Source: Muribaculaceae bacterium
Lineage (GTDB): Bacteria > Bacteroidota > Bacteroidia > Bacteroidales > Muribaculaceae
Assembly: GCA_022510405.1 (NCBI GenBank)
Contig: JAFLTP010000007.1
Span: forward strand, 1,343-65,342
Length of the DNA: 64,000 nucleotides
Reading direction: 5' to 3'
Shown: positions 19,724 through 29,499 of the stretch, one piece after another
How positions within the stretch are numbered: the stretch's first letter is position 1
How the letters are laid out: the number at the start of each line of letters is the position of its first letter
Translations under genes and position numbers: made by a program
Notes under the pieces: generated by a model
Seen by the model: the letters and a program-made list of their open reading frames with translations, nothing else
The model's database searches: none
Told to the model about the DNA's origin: nothing

Positions 19724-20095
19724 TCACCGAGTGATGGCTAATCCGAACCAAACAGCAAAAAGCCCTACAATGACGCTACCTGCAATGTAAAAAAACGAAA
19801 TTAAAGTGTCACCATTAATTCCTAAATTCAATGCTTCATTAGAAAATGTTGAAAAAGTAGTGAATCCTCCACAAAATCCCACCAACAAAAGAGCATTAAA
19901 TTGAGCAGGAATAATATCATTTCTTCCCAAGATACCGGAAAGCACCCCAAAAATAAAACACCCCACAACATTAATAGTGAAAGTAGCTATCGGGAATGGC
20001 GCATTCCAAATAACCAGAAAAAGACGATTGACCAAGAATCTGCAACAAGTTCCTACAAATCCTCCTGCACCGGCCAACAACAATAATTTCCACAT
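19724..20095 (-). CDS. crcB: Fluoride ion channel CrcB/FluC
   Basis: 123 aa with four TM segments and the motifs GAGGFVGTCCRF and GFCGGFTTFSTF. Confidence 0.9.
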   Translation of the reverse strand: MWKLLLLAGAGGFVGTCCRFLVNRLFLVIWNAPFPIATFTINVVGCFIFGVLSGILGRNDIIPAQFNALLLVGFCGGFTTFSTFSNEALNLGINGDTLISFFYIAGSVIVGLFAVWFGLAITR

Positions 20096-20118
20096 AATTA
20101 ACTACAATAAATAGGATT

Positions 20119-20126
20119 CAAAATTA
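20119..20126 (-). promoter_or_regulatory. -7 promoter box (TAATTTTG) for crcB
   Basis: Perfect TAnnTTTG, 24 nt upstream of the crcB ATG and immediately after the upstream terminator. Confidence 0.5.
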
Positions 20127-20155
20127 CAAAAAAAAGCCGGACCTCACGACCCGGC
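20127..20155 (-). terminator. Rho-independent terminator of the ECF sigma factor gene
   Basis: The minus strand reads gccgg-gtcgtgaggt-ccggc followed by TTTTTTTT. Confidence 0.6.
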
Positions 20156-20193
20156 AAATCAATTAATAATTAATCAAAGAACCAATTAATCTA

Positions 20194-20700
20194 TTATCTG
20201 AAATCTTGAAGTTGTTCGCGAAGTCTTTTACGTGCAAAGAAAATACGACTTTTAACAGTGCCAAGAGGTAAACCCATCTTGTCTGCAATTTCGTTATATT
20301 TATAACCAGCAACATACATATTGAAGGGGATACGATAATCATCAGAAAAACCTTCAAGAGCATGAGTAATTTCTTTAACTGCATAAGAACCTTCCGGAGA
20401 AGAGAGCCCTGAATCTTGAGAGATATTTAAATGATAAAGGTCTTCAGTTTGATCAATAACAGTGGCTTTTCTAACAGTTTGACGATAATTATTAATAAAA
20501 ATATTCCTCATTATCGTGAAAATCCACCCTTTAAAGTTTACATTGTCAACATATTTTTCTTCATTGTCAAGCGCTTTAAGAGTAGTGTCCTGTAGTAAGT
20601 CACGAGCTTGATCTTTATCTGTTGTTAACTGATATGCAAAACTTAATAAATTAGACTGAAGTCCTAAAACTCTCTGCTTAAATGTTTCGTTAGATTTCAT
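20194..20700 (-). CDS. RNA polymerase ECF-type sigma-70 factor (no adjacent anti-sigma gene)
   Basis: Region 2 reads ARDLLQDTTLKAL...FKGWIFTIMRNIFINNYR and the region 4 HTH reads YKYNEIADKMGLPLGTVKSRIFFARKRL. The ATG at 20700 (MKSNETF...) is preferred over the track start at 20751. Confidence 0.88.
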   Translation of the reverse strand: MKSNETFKQRVLGLQSNLLSFAYQLTTDKDQARDLLQDTTLKALDNEEKYVDNVNFKGWIFTIMRNIFINNYRQTVRKATVIDQTEDLYHLNISQDSGLSSPEGSYAVKEITHALEGFSDDYRIPFNMYVAGYKYNEIADKMGLPLGTVKSRIFFARKRLREQLQDFR

Positions 20701-20841
20701 AGTTGTGTTGAATTTAATTGTTTTTAAACATATAACCTCTGCCGGTTCCAAATTGTTTCAAAAAAATGATTATTTATATGTTAAAAAATGTAAATACTAT
20801 CCAACTATTTAGAAATCAACTATTTGTCTTGACAAAAAAAA

Positions 20842-21771
20842 TTATACTGTAGGCTTCAATATTTCCATTTTTGACTGATGACGCATCAATTGCCATGAAT
20901 TGATAAGGTTTTGCCAAGCTACATAGGCAGCCGGTGCAATGGATGCCATAGGGTTGAGATAAGCAAGAGCCAACCAAACGGCCAAGACCGTATTCTTTTG
21001 TCCTAAAGATTGTCCACCTGAGACAGTATCACCAAATCTATTTCCTATTTTTCTTCCTATCTTGAATTGCAATAAACAAACAATCAAAGCACCCAAAGCG
21101 AGTAGAATCATTGTTCCTGTGGTTTCCGGAGTCCAGTTCTGAATAGCAAAACTGGTGCAACTCCCTACGACAATCAATAATGACACCACCCAAAGATAAA
21201 AGGAAAGTTGTTGCATTCCTACAACTTTAGAATGCAATTTAGGAGTGAATTTCCTCATCAGCATTGCGAGAGCAAGAGGGGCCAAAATCAAAGGGAAAAC
21301 TTGTTTCAATATCAAAAGGAATGACTCGCTAAAAGTTATCTCAGGATGATCCCCAAGAGCGGCTAAAACAATCGGGCCTGTTACAGCTACAGTAGCATTA
21401 CATAAAAGGGAGTAAGTAGCCACTTTAGAAATGCTTCCTCCTAACATGGAAGTTATTACAGGGGCAGCAGTAGCCGTAGGAATGAAAACACAAATGAAAA
21501 CACCTTCAGCTAAAGTTCTGTTCCAAAAAAATGTCAAGCCATAAGCCAAAGCGGCCAATAGCATTTGGACTCCTAAAAGACATAATTCAAATTTACTTGG
21601 CTTAAAATCATGTGGAGTTAGCTTACAATATGTGATAAAGAGCATCAGAAAGATGAGATAGGGTGAGAGAAAAGTTATGTATCCCATCCATGGATAAAAG
21701 ACAGCCCCAAACACCATGGCAAGGGGCATCATTATTGATTTTATATTTGATCTTCTTATTGCGAATTTCAT
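20842..21771 (-). CDS. Bile acid:Na+ symporter (BASS/SBF-like) family transporter
   Basis: 309 aa, polytopic membrane protein with SBF-like repeats. Confidence 0.55.
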   Translation of the reverse strand: MKFAIRRSNIKSIMMPLAMVFGAVFYPWMGYITFLSPYLIFLMLFITYCKLTPHDFKPSKFELCLLGVQMLLAALAYGLTFFWNRTLAEGVFICVFIPTATAAPVITSMLGGSISKVATYSLLCNATVAVTGPIVLAALGDHPEITFSESFLLILKQVFPLILAPLALAMLMRKFTPKLHSKVVGMQQLSFYLWVVSLLIVVGSCTSFAIQNWTPETTGTMILLALGALIVCLLQFKIGRKIGNRFGDTVSGGQSLGQKNTVLAVWLALAYLNPMASIAPAAYVAWQNLINSWQLMRHQSKMEILKPTV

Positions 21772-22436
21772 TATAGATTTTCCAGTATTTTAGCCAGAAC
21801 CATAAACGTTTTTTGAGGAGCAGTATCCCAAAAATCCTTGTATTGTGAAATATTTTCACCAACACCGGGAGTGTCACTCACAACTCTGACAATAGCAAAA
21901 GGTATGCCACAAATAATGCATGTTTGCGCTACTGAAGCAGATTCCATATCTACTGCTTTGACATACGGAAACTTAGAACGAATAAAATTTATCTCTTCAG
22001 GAGTTGAAATAAATTTGTCACCGCTGCAAATCAATCCTTGTTCCATATCAGAGTCTTGAGTAATTTCAAGGATTTTTTGATAAGGTTCCATAAAAAGCGG
22101 CAAACCATCCGCTTGACCATATTCAGTTCCCGGACCGCACCAGACATCATGATAAGCGACTTTATTAGCGACCAGAATAGTTCCAATCGGCACGCCGGCA
22201 CCCCCTGCAACACCTGAATTTAGCAACAAATCAGGTTGAATCAGTTGGATGAATCTAAGAGTGTTGAGTGCGGAATTTACTTTTCCTATTCCACACCGTG
22301 AGATATCTACAGAATGAGGACCAATATTTCCTCTCCAGGTTTTACACCCGGCAATTATTCTCATTTCCGGATTTTCCAACAGATTTATGAGTAAATCTGT
22401 CTCTTTATCCATAGCCGCAAGAATCAGAATTTTCAT
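21771..22436 (-). CDS. mtnN: 5'-methylthioadenosine/S-adenosylhomocysteine nucleosidase
   Basis: 221 aa with the motifs KILILAAMDKE, GIGKVNSA, GVAGG, DMESASVAQ and VRVVSD. Confidence 0.88.
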   Translation of the reverse strand: MKILILAAMDKETDLLINLLENPEMRIIAGCKTWRGNIGPHSVDISRCGIGKVNSALNTLRFIQLIQPDLLLNSGVAGGAGVPIGTILVANKVAYHDVWCGPGTEYGQADGLPLFMEPYQKILEITQDSDMEQGLICSGDKFISTPEEINFIRSKFPYVKAVDMESASVAQTCIICGIPFAIVRVVSDTPGVGENISQYKDFWDTAPQKTFMVLAKILENL

Positions 22437-22444
22437 TATGAGTT

Positions 22445-23365
22445 TTATATTGTTGCTATCGCAGTTTGATATTTTGAGAGATTACCGGCCTTCTTGATTG
22501 CTTTCCAAGCTTTTCTGCCGATTTCATCTTCTGCAAATTCCCAAAAAGGTTGTGTCTTAGAAATTACTTGAGTGTCTCCACAGAGCACAGATGAATAATG
22601 GGAGAACAACAGTCGATGGAATTCCAACATCCTGGCGATTCTTGACTCTTTATCCCATTCCTTACCCTCTTGGAATTCCGTAATTAATGAAGGTCTACCC
22701 AAAACACCGCGACCTAACATTATTCCTGTGATATCCGGGAAAAGAGCCTGAATCTTATTAATATCCTCAATCGTTTTTAAATCTCCATTATATATCACAG
22801 GATTCTTACTTTCCTTAACAAACTCACCAAATTGTTCGAGATTAACCTCGCCACCATATTGTTGTTTCGCTATCCTTGGATGAACAGTGATATGTTTGAG
22901 ATTGATTTGATTAAGATAGGGGAGAAGTATCTTCCATTCTTCCGGATTCATCAATCCTAATCTCATTTTTAATGAAAATTGAATGTCGGAATTAGATTTA
23001 ACACACTTCACGACCTCTTTAGCCAAATCCTCATTTGCTATTGTGGCAGCACCTCTACCATGACCGGTTTGTAACGGGAAAGGACACCCCATGTTCAGGT
23101 CAATCTCCTTAATTCCCAATTCTTTCAGTTTCTCCACCAAAGAGTTTAATTCTTTAGCATCTCGAAAAATAATTTGGGGAACAAGATGGATGCCATTATT
23201 TAATTCAGATGTCATATCCTTAATATCCCGAGGTCTTATTCCATCTTTCTCCCAACGAATGAAAGGGGTGTAATAAGTCTGATTTCCTCCATATATTTTA
23301 GAATGGAAATGCCTGTAAGCAGCATCAGTATGGCCTTGCACCGGTGCGAAATGAAGAGATAACAT
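22445..23365 (-). CDS. tRNA-dihydrouridine synthase (Dus family)
   Basis: The motifs APVQGHTD and DLNMGCP indicate a TIM-barrel flavoenzyme. The track start at 23371 is a TTG; the ATG is at 23365. Confidence 0.85.
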   Translation of the reverse strand: MLSLHFAPVQGHTDAAYRHFHSKIYGGNQTYYTPFIRWEKDGIRPRDIKDMTSELNNGIHLVPQIIFRDAKELNSLVEKLKELGIKEIDLNMGCPFPLQTGHGRGAATIANEDLAKEVVKCVKSNSDIQFSLKMRLGLMNPEEWKILLPYLNQINLKHITVHPRIAKQQYGGEVNLEQFGEFVKESKNPVIYNGDLKTIEDINKIQALFPDITGIMLGRGVLGRPSLITEFQEGKEWDKESRIARMLEFHRLLFSHYSSVLCGDTQVISKTQPFWEFAEDEIGRKAWKAIKKAGNLSKYQTAIATI

Positions 23366-23367
23366 AT

Positions 23368-23745
23368 TCAATTTTTAGGAAGGAAAGTGAAACAAACTGC
23401 CCCTATCAAACATAAAAAAGCGGCAATATGATTCCAATGAAGTTTTTCTCCTTGAAAAAGGAACATGGCCACAATAGTAAAGACAGTCAAAGTGATAACC
23501 TCTTGTATAATTTTTAGTTGGAAAAGTGAAAAAGGTCCACCGTTTTCTTGGTATCCCATTCTGTTTGCCGGGACTTGAAAACTATATTCAAAAAGTGCTA
23601 TACCCCAGGAAACCAAAATAACGAGATAAAGAGGCCAATTTTTTGAAACCCCTGATGTTTGCAACTTAAGATGCCCATACCAAGCAAATGTCATAAAAAC
23701 ATTTGAAACGATCAGCAAAAGAATTGTCACTAAATATCCTTTCAT
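23368..23745 (-). CDS. DMT-superfamily small membrane protein (DUF486)
   Basis: 125 aa with four TM segments and MTFAWYGHLK plus FEY.FQVPANR motifs. Confidence 0.7.
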   Translation of the reverse strand: MKGYLVTILLLIVSNVFMTFAWYGHLKLQTSGVSKNWPLYLVILVSWGIALFEYSFQVPANRMGYQENGGPFSLFQLKIIQEVITLTVFTIVAMFLFQGEKLHWNHIAAFLCLIGAVCFTFLPKN

Positions 23746-23779
23746 AGACTACGAAAGTATCTTCAATTAAAATCCGGTA

Positions 23780-23787
23780 CAAAATTA
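23780..23787 (-). promoter_or_regulatory. -7 promoter box (TAATTTTG) for the DUF486-dus-mtnN transcript
   Basis: The + strand caaaatta is TAATTTTG on the minus strand, 35 nt upstream of the ATG at 23745. Confidence 0.45.
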
Positions 23788-23886
23788 CGTAAAAATCCTT
23801 AACCAAAAATCTATACTCATTAAATCAATCAAGTTTTCGGTTACGGCAAAATTTTTGAATTTGTGGGGATTGTGTGGAATTATGAT

Positions 23887-23894
23887 TAATTTTG
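23887..23894 (+). promoter_or_regulatory. -7 promoter box (TAATTTTG) for metF-metH
   Basis: Perfect TAnnTTTG, 33 nt upstream of the metF ATG. TTTG motifs further upstream have non-ideal spacing. Confidence 0.45.
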
Positions 23895-23926
23895 CATTGT
23901 AAAATGAAAAGGAATAAAGATTTAGG

Positions 23927-24880
23927 ATGAAAATAATCGACATCATAAAAGAATCGAAGAATCCGATTTTTTCTATAGAGATTCTTCCTCCTCTTAAAGG
24001 CAACAGTATATATAAGGTATATGAAATAATCGACAGATTGTCCAAATACAATCCAAAATTTGTAAATATCACCTCTCATCACAGTGAGTATATCTATAAG
24101 CCATTGCCAGATGGAACCCATAAAAGAGTTAGTGTGGTAAAAAGACCCGGCACAGTAGCGGTTGCAGCTGCAATTCAGAACAGGTTTGGATTGATACCTG
24201 TGCCACACATCATATGTGCAGGTTTCACAAAAGAAGAAACCGAATATGCCCTATTAGACTTGAATTTTTTGGGAATCGATAACTTGTTTCTTATAAGAGG
24301 TGATTTGGATAACAAAAACACAGAAAAAGCAGACCCGGAAAATCATAACATCCATGCCACAGACTTACAAAACCAAATAAATGATTTTAATAAGGGATTT
24401 GGAATTAACGATATAAAGATTGACGGCATAGAGACACCCTTCTCATATGGAATGGCTTGTTATCCGGAAAAACATGAAGAGGCTCCCAATATGGAATCCG
24501 ATATTTATTATCTAAAGCAAAAAGTAGCAAACGGGGCTGATTATTTGATATCACAAATGTTTTTCGATAATCAAAAATATTTTGATTTTGTTAAAAGATG
24601 TCGAGAAGAAGGTATAAAAGTGCCGATCCTACCGGGAATCAAGCCCATATCCAGGAAACATCATCTTAGTTTGCTTCCCAAGACCTTTAAAATAGACATT
24701 CCGGAAGAATTGGCTTCAAGAGTGAGGGATTGTAAAAACGATTCCGAAGTAAAACAGGCGGGAATAGAATGGGGAATCAAACAATGTAGGGAATTGTTGG
24801 AAAAGGGGGCACCCGGTATTCACTTCTATACAATGAGCGCAGCCGAAAGTGTTGAAAAAATTGCAGAAAAAGTATTTTAA
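23927..24880 (+). CDS. metF: Methylenetetrahydrofolate reductase MetF
   Basis: 317 aa with FSIEILPPLKG and ...ADYLISQMFFD... MTHFR motifs. Confidence 0.92.
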   Translation: MKIIDIIKESKNPIFSIEILPPLKGNSIYKVYEIIDRLSKYNPKFVNITSHHSEYIYKPLPDGTHKRVSVVKRPGTVAVAAAIQNRFGLIPVPHIICAGFTKEETEYALLDLNFLGIDNLFLIRGDLDNKNTEKADPENHNIHATDLQNQINDFNKGFGINDIKIDGIETPFSYGMACYPEKHEEAPNMESDIYYLKQKVANGADYLISQMFFDNQKYFDFVKRCREEGIKVPILPGIKPISRKHHLSLLPKTFKIDIPEELASRVRDCKNDSEVKQAGIEWGIKQCRELLEKGAPGIHFYTMSAAESVEKIAEKVF

Positions 24881-24941
24881 TTTAGGGTGAAAGATGAGAT
24901 AAAAGGTTAGGTTGATAGTTGAGTATATAATTTGATTGAAG

Positions 24942-27900
24942 ATGGATTTAAAAGAGGTATTGAAGGAAAGAATATTAGTGCTTGACGGAGGGTTAGGTAC
25001 AATGATCCAAAAATATGGATTTAAAGAACAAGACTTCCGAGGGAGAGAATTTCTAAATCACTCCATCTCCATATCAGGTTATAATGATATTCTTAATCTG
25101 ACAAAACCTTCCTCCATACAAAAAATTCATTTATCCTATCTCAAAGCCGGAGCCAATATCCTCACCACCAATACTTTCAACTCGAATTCAATCTCAATGC
25201 AAGACTATGGATTGGATCAGGTGGAAGGATTGGTGAAAAGGTTAAACCGGGAAGGAGCCTTGTTAGCCAGAAAAGCTATTGAGGAATATGAACAAAACAA
25301 CGCAGACAAGATTCATTTTGTGGGAGGTTCCATAGGTCCCACAAACCGATCCTGTTCCATGAGTCCGGATATCACTGATCCGATTAAACGAAACATAAGT
25401 TATGACGAACTTTTCGAAGCATACAAAGAACAGATAAATGGACTGATAGAAGGAGGAGTGGATGTTTTAATATGCGAAACATTCTTTGATACCTTGAATC
25501 TTAAGGCAGCCTTGGATGCAGCAAATAAAGAGATGAAGGACAAAGGCGTTAAGATTCCTATTCTTGTATCAGGCACTGTTTCGGATAAGGGAGGCAGGAT
25601 ATTGTCGGGACAAACATTGGAAGCCTTTGTAACTTCAGTAGGTCATTATGAAAATGTGTTGTCGATCGGATTAAATTGCGGATTCGGCCCTGACAGAATG
25701 AAAGAATATATAAAACAAATTCACTCAATCAATCCTCATTTCACATCGTGCCATCCCAATGCCGGTCTACCTGATGAATCAGGATGTTATGATGTGTCAC
25801 CAAAAGAATTTTCTAAAAGTATATCATCATTACTAAAGGAGGGATACCTAAATATTGTAGGAGGATGTTGCGGAACTACTCCAGAATTTATTAAAGAATT
25901 ATCGACTTTAGTAAAAAATTATAAACCGGGAAAACCCAAAGAAGCGGATAATCTTTTGAGACTTTCGGGTCTTGATATGCTAACAGTGAAAGATGAATTC
26001 TTAGTGGTTGGAGAAAGATGTAATGTAGCCGGATCTGCCAAGTTCCTTAGATTGATAAAGGAAGGACAACTTGAAGAAGCCGCTGAAATCGCGAAGGCCC
26101 AAATTAAAAAAGGAGCCCAGGTGATCGACATCAATATGGATGACGCAATGCTTGATGCGGAAAAAGAAATGGTGAAATTCATCAGATATATACTTGCGGA
26201 ACCGGAAGTGGCAAAAGTACCATTTATGATAGATTCATCAAAATGGAAAGTAATTGAATCCGCTTTAAAAAATATCCAAGGAAAAGGAATTGTTAACTCA
26301 TTATCTCTTAAAGAAGGGGAAGAGGTATTTATAAAAAAAGCAAGAAGGGTAAAGGAACTGGGGTTTGCCCTTGTGGTCATGGCTTTTGATGAAAAAGGCC
26401 AGGCAGAAACCTATGAACGGAAGGTTGAAATATGTGATAGATCATATAAGATACTTACCGAAAAATGTGGATTTGAACCGGAAGATATAATATTCGATGT
26501 GAATATTATGACGATAGCGACCGGCATGAAAGAACATAGCCGATATGCCATCGACTTCATTGAAACAGTGAGATGGATAAAAAAGAATCTTCCCGGCACA
26601 CGAACTTCCGGAGGAGTCAGCAACTTATCATTTGCTTTCAGGGGGAAGAATAAGATAAGGGAAAACATGCACGTCATCTTCCTTCACCACGCAAAAAAAG
26701 CGGGGTTAGACATGGCTATCATTAACCCTTCCCAAAATACCCGATATGAAGATATACCAGAAGATATTAAAAACACAATAGAAGACGTTATCTTCGACCG
26801 GAATGATGAGGCCTTAGAAAGATTAATTCTAATGGCTAATGAAGAACAAACTTCAAAAAGGAGTATATCTGAAAAGCCTAAAGAAAACATTGAAAATCGA
26901 TCAATAAGTGAGATTCTTATCGATGACTTAGTGAAAGGGGAAATGTTGAATTTAGACACACATTTAAAAAAAGCATTTGATGAAATAAATAATCCCATCA
27001 AAATAATAGAAGGGCCCCTTTTGGAAGGGATGAAGAAAGTTGGCGACTTATTTGGTGAAGGAAAAATGTTTTTACCCCAAGTAGTGAAAACAGCCAGATC
27101 CATGAAGAAAGCTGTAGAGATCCTAACCCCGTATATAGAAAAGGCAAATAATGATAATGCAGGGAAAAAAGCCGGCAAGATCTTAATAGCAACTGTCAAG
27201 GGGGATGTACATGACATCGGTAAAAATATTGTCTCCACTGTTTTAGCCTGCAACAATTATGAGATAATTGATCTTGGCATAATGGTGCCGGGAGAAAAAA
27301 TTGTAGAGGTTGCGTTAAAAGAACGCCCGGACATTATATGTCTTTCAGGCTTAATAACCCCATCTTTGGGAGAAATGGCATCCACGGCAAAATTATTGTC
27401 GGAAGCAGGGATAACAACCCCTATAATGGTTGGAGGGGCAGCAACCTCATTAATTCATACTGCTTTAAAGATAGATCCAGTGTATGGAGGTATGGTTTTA
27501 CATATGGGAGATGCCTCCCAAAATCCAATTGCAGCCAGTCTTTTATTAAATCCAATAACACGTGATGAATATCTTAAAAAGAATCAAGAAAAGTATGAAT
27601 CTTTAAAAAATCCTGTTTCTTCAAAAGAAAACATTTTACCTTTTGAGGAAGTAATAGAAATTGTTAAGAAAGAAAATAGAAACAATTTTATAAGCCACAG
27701 ACCAAACTGCGAAATAGGAAAACCTTTTATAGTAGATATAGCTTTAAATGACTTGTTACCGCTTATCAATTGGAAAATGTTTTTCGTTGCATGGAAGCTA
27801 CAAGGAAGATATCTTGACCATGTAATTCATTCATCAACTTCGGAGGAAAGAGAAGAATGGTGGAACGCTTTAGAAGAAAAAGATAAAACCAAAGCCATAG

Positions 27901-28559
27901 AGGCCATTCAATTATATAATTATGCTAATGATTTCTTGAAAGAATTTATAGAATCAAAATCATTTGACGGCAAAGCGATAGTAAGATTCGACAAAGCTAA
28001 AGGAGACGTAAAGAACCTAACAATTTCCGACACTATATTTCCTATGCTAAGACAACAGAGGGAAGAAAGCGAATACCTTTCATGTTCAGACTTATGTGGA
28101 CAGGAGGAAGATAATTATATAGGAATGTTTGCTGTGACTGCAGGCCATCAAATAGTGAAAAAAGCAAGGAAATTAGAAGAAAATGGCGACAATTATAAGT
28201 CACTAATTCTCCAAACGTTGGCCGACAGATTAGTAGAGGCTTCGGCCGAATGGTTGCAACAGTATGTTTCAGATAAATTTTGGAAAGTTGCATTACGTCC
28301 TGCGTGGGGTTATCCCATGCTTCCGGATCAAACAATGATTCTTGAAACTCAAGATCTTATTCCCTATGAGGAAATCGGTATAACCCTTACTGAAAACGGA
28401 GCCATGTATCCGCCATCTTCAATCAGCGGATTATATTTTTCCAAACCCGATTGCAAATATTTCATGGTAGGAGAGATAGGAGAGGATCAAATCAAGGATT
28501 ATGCAGAGAGACGAGGCTTAACAACAGAACAAACGAAGAATATATTACGTCAGTTATAG
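24942..28559 (+). CDS. metH: Cobalamin-dependent methionine synthase MetH
   Basis: About 1205 aa. It has Hcy-binding, pterin-binding and B12-binding (GDVHDIGKNIV) domains and a C-terminal activation domain. The track start at 24936 is a TTG; the ATG is at 24942. Confidence 0.97.
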   Translation: MDLKEVLKERILVLDGGLGTMIQKYGFKEQDFRGREFLNHSISISGYNDILNLTKPSSIQKIHLSYLKAGANILTTNTFNSNSISMQDYGLDQVEGLVKRLNREGALLARKAIEEYEQNNADKIHFVGGSIGPTNRSCSMSPDITDPIKRNISYDELFEAYKEQINGLIEGGVDVLICETFFDTLNLKAALDAANKEMKDKGVKIPILVSGTVSDKGGRILSGQTLEAFVTSVGHYENVLSIGLNCGFGPDRMKEYIKQIHSINPHFTSCHPNAGLPDESGCYDVSPKEFSKSISSLLKEGYLNIVGGCCGTTPEFIKELSTLVKNYKPGKPKEADNLLRLSGLDMLTVKDEFLVVGERCNVAGSAKFLRLIKEGQLEEAAEIAKAQIKKGAQVIDINMDDAMLDAEKEMVKFIRYILAEPEVAKVPFMIDSSKWKVIESALKNIQGKGIVNSLSLKEGEEVFIKKARRVKELGFALVVMAFDEKGQAETYERKVEICDRSYKILTEKCGFEPEDIIFDVNIMTIATGMKEHSRYAIDFIETVRWIKKNLPGTRTSGGVSNLSFAFRGKNKIRENMHVIFLHHAKKAGLDMAIINPSQNTRYEDIPEDIKNTIEDVIFDRNDEALERLILMANEEQTSKRSISEKPKENIENRSISEILIDDLVKGEMLNLDTHLKKAFDEINNPIKIIEGPLLEGMKKVGDLFGEGKMFLPQVVKTARSMKKAVEILTPYIEKANNDNAGKKAGKILIATVKGDVHDIGKNIVSTVLACNNYEIIDLGIMVPGEKIVEVALKERPDIICLSGLITPSLGEMASTAKLLSEAGITTPIMVGGAATSLIHTALKIDPVYGGMVLHMGDASQNPIAASLLLNPITRDEYLKKNQEKYESLKNPVSSKENILPFEEVIEIVKKENRNNFISHRPNCEIGKPFIVDIALNDLLPLINWKMFFVAWKLQGRYLDHVIHSSTSEEREEWWNALEEKDKTKAIEAIQLYNYANDFLKEFIESKSFDGKAIVRFDKAKGDVKNLTISDTIFPMLRQQREESEYLSCSDLCGQEEDNYIGMFAVTAGHQIVKKARKLEENGDNYKSLILQTLADRLVEASAEWLQQYVSDKFWKVALRPAWGYPMLPDQTMILETQDLIPYEEIGITLTENGAMYPPSSISGLYFSKPDCKYFMVGEIGEDQIKDYAERRGLTTEQTKNILRQL

Positions 28560-28997
28560 GATAGACATATTAATTAAATTATTTTTTAACATCCTTAGAC
28601 AATAACTTGACAATTCATCATTTATTGGAACCTTGTTCATATTCTCGTAAAAATCCTTTGCAAAAGGAAGGAGCCTAAGCAATCTAAAAGGTAGGAATTC
28701 CGCTTCTTCAGAACTTTGAACCTCCATAACCATTTTTTTAGCAGACTCTTGGTCAAGAGTTTCCGGAGGAATCAAATATAAGGCTAAAAGTCTTGATTCC
28801 CTACAGTTCTTGTCGTCCCATAATTTTAATCCAAGAGATTTATCTTTGGGATATTTTTTGGCCAATTCCATAAATTGTGGCACATTAAGTCCATAAACTA
28901 TAACACCTTGAGGATATAATTTCCTTAATGGCTCGGCAACGATCCCATTTCTCAAACTAAAAAAATCTTTCTTGATATCCTTTAAAATCGACTCCAT
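28554..28997 (-). CDS. Hypothetical helical protein (possibly DNA-alkylation-repair/HEAT-like)
   Basis: 147 aa with only weak resemblance to AlkD-like repeats. Convergent with metH, with a 6-nt overlap. Confidence 0.3.
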   Translation of the reverse strand: MESILKDIKKDFFSLRNGIVAEPLRKLYPQGVIVYGLNVPQFMELAKKYPKDKSLGLKLWDDKNCRESRLLALYLIPPETLDQESAKKMVMEVQSSEEAEFLPFRLLRLLPFAKDFYENMNKVPINDELSSYCLRMLKNNLINMSIL

Positions 28998-29004
28998 CGT
29001 TCTA

Positions 29005-29478
29005 TTAATCGTGATGATAGGGTTCTCCTCGAAGAATTGTCATACTTCTATAGATTTGTTCAGTTAGAATCAGTTTAGCCATTTCATGAGTGAAAGTTAG
29101 TTTTGACAAAGCGATAGTTGAATCAGCCCTCGCATAAACATTTTGGGAAAAACCGAAAGGACCTCCTATTACAATCATCAATCTTTTTCTGCCGGCATTC
29201 ATTTGTTTTTGAATCCACTCGGAAAAACCTCTTGAAGTATATTCCTTACCTTTCTCATCCATCAAAACAACAAAATCAGACGAGTTAATATTTCCGATTA
29301 TAGCTTTACCTTCCTCCTCCTTAAGATTCTCTATCGATAAAGATTTTGAATTTTTGATGTCGGGAATTATGAGGGTTGAAAATTTTATATATCTTCCAAT
29401 TCTGGATTCAAACATATCAATTCCTTGTTGAATCCAAGAAGAAGAAATTTTCCCAACACTCAAAAGACAAATTTCCAC
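29005..29478 (-). CDS. rlmH: 23S rRNA (pseudouridine1915-N3)-methyltransferase RlmH
   Basis: 157 aa, SPOUT fold, with the motifs ...LDEKGKEYTS..F...L.IGGPFG and LTF.H.MA...L.EQIYR. Uses a GTG start. Confidence 0.88.
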   Translation of the reverse strand: MEICLLSVGKISSSWIQQGIDMFESRIGRYIKFSTLIIPDIKNSKSLSIENLKEEEGKAIIGNINSSDFVVLMDEKGKEYTSRGFSEWIQKQMNAGRKRLMIVIGGPFGFSQNVYARADSTIALSKLTFTHEMAKLILTEQIYRSMTILRGEPYHHD

Positions 29479-29499
29479 TATATTATTTCAACTGATTTA

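Noticed and set aside
20096-20193. Fluoride riboswitch expected upstream of crcB
   Set aside because: The 98-nt spacer holds only a terminator hairpin for the sigma gene and a TAATTTTG box 24 nt from the ATG. None of the conserved crcB-motif blocks is present, and the leader is too short.
23746-24941. SAM or cobalamin riboswitch upstream of metF-metH (and cobalamin riboswitch upstream of nrdJ at 60136..60228)
   Set aside because: The leaders are only about 30-55 nt after the predicted -7 boxes. I saw no B12-box or SAM-I core sequences. Absence is unremarkable for B12-dependent isozymes.
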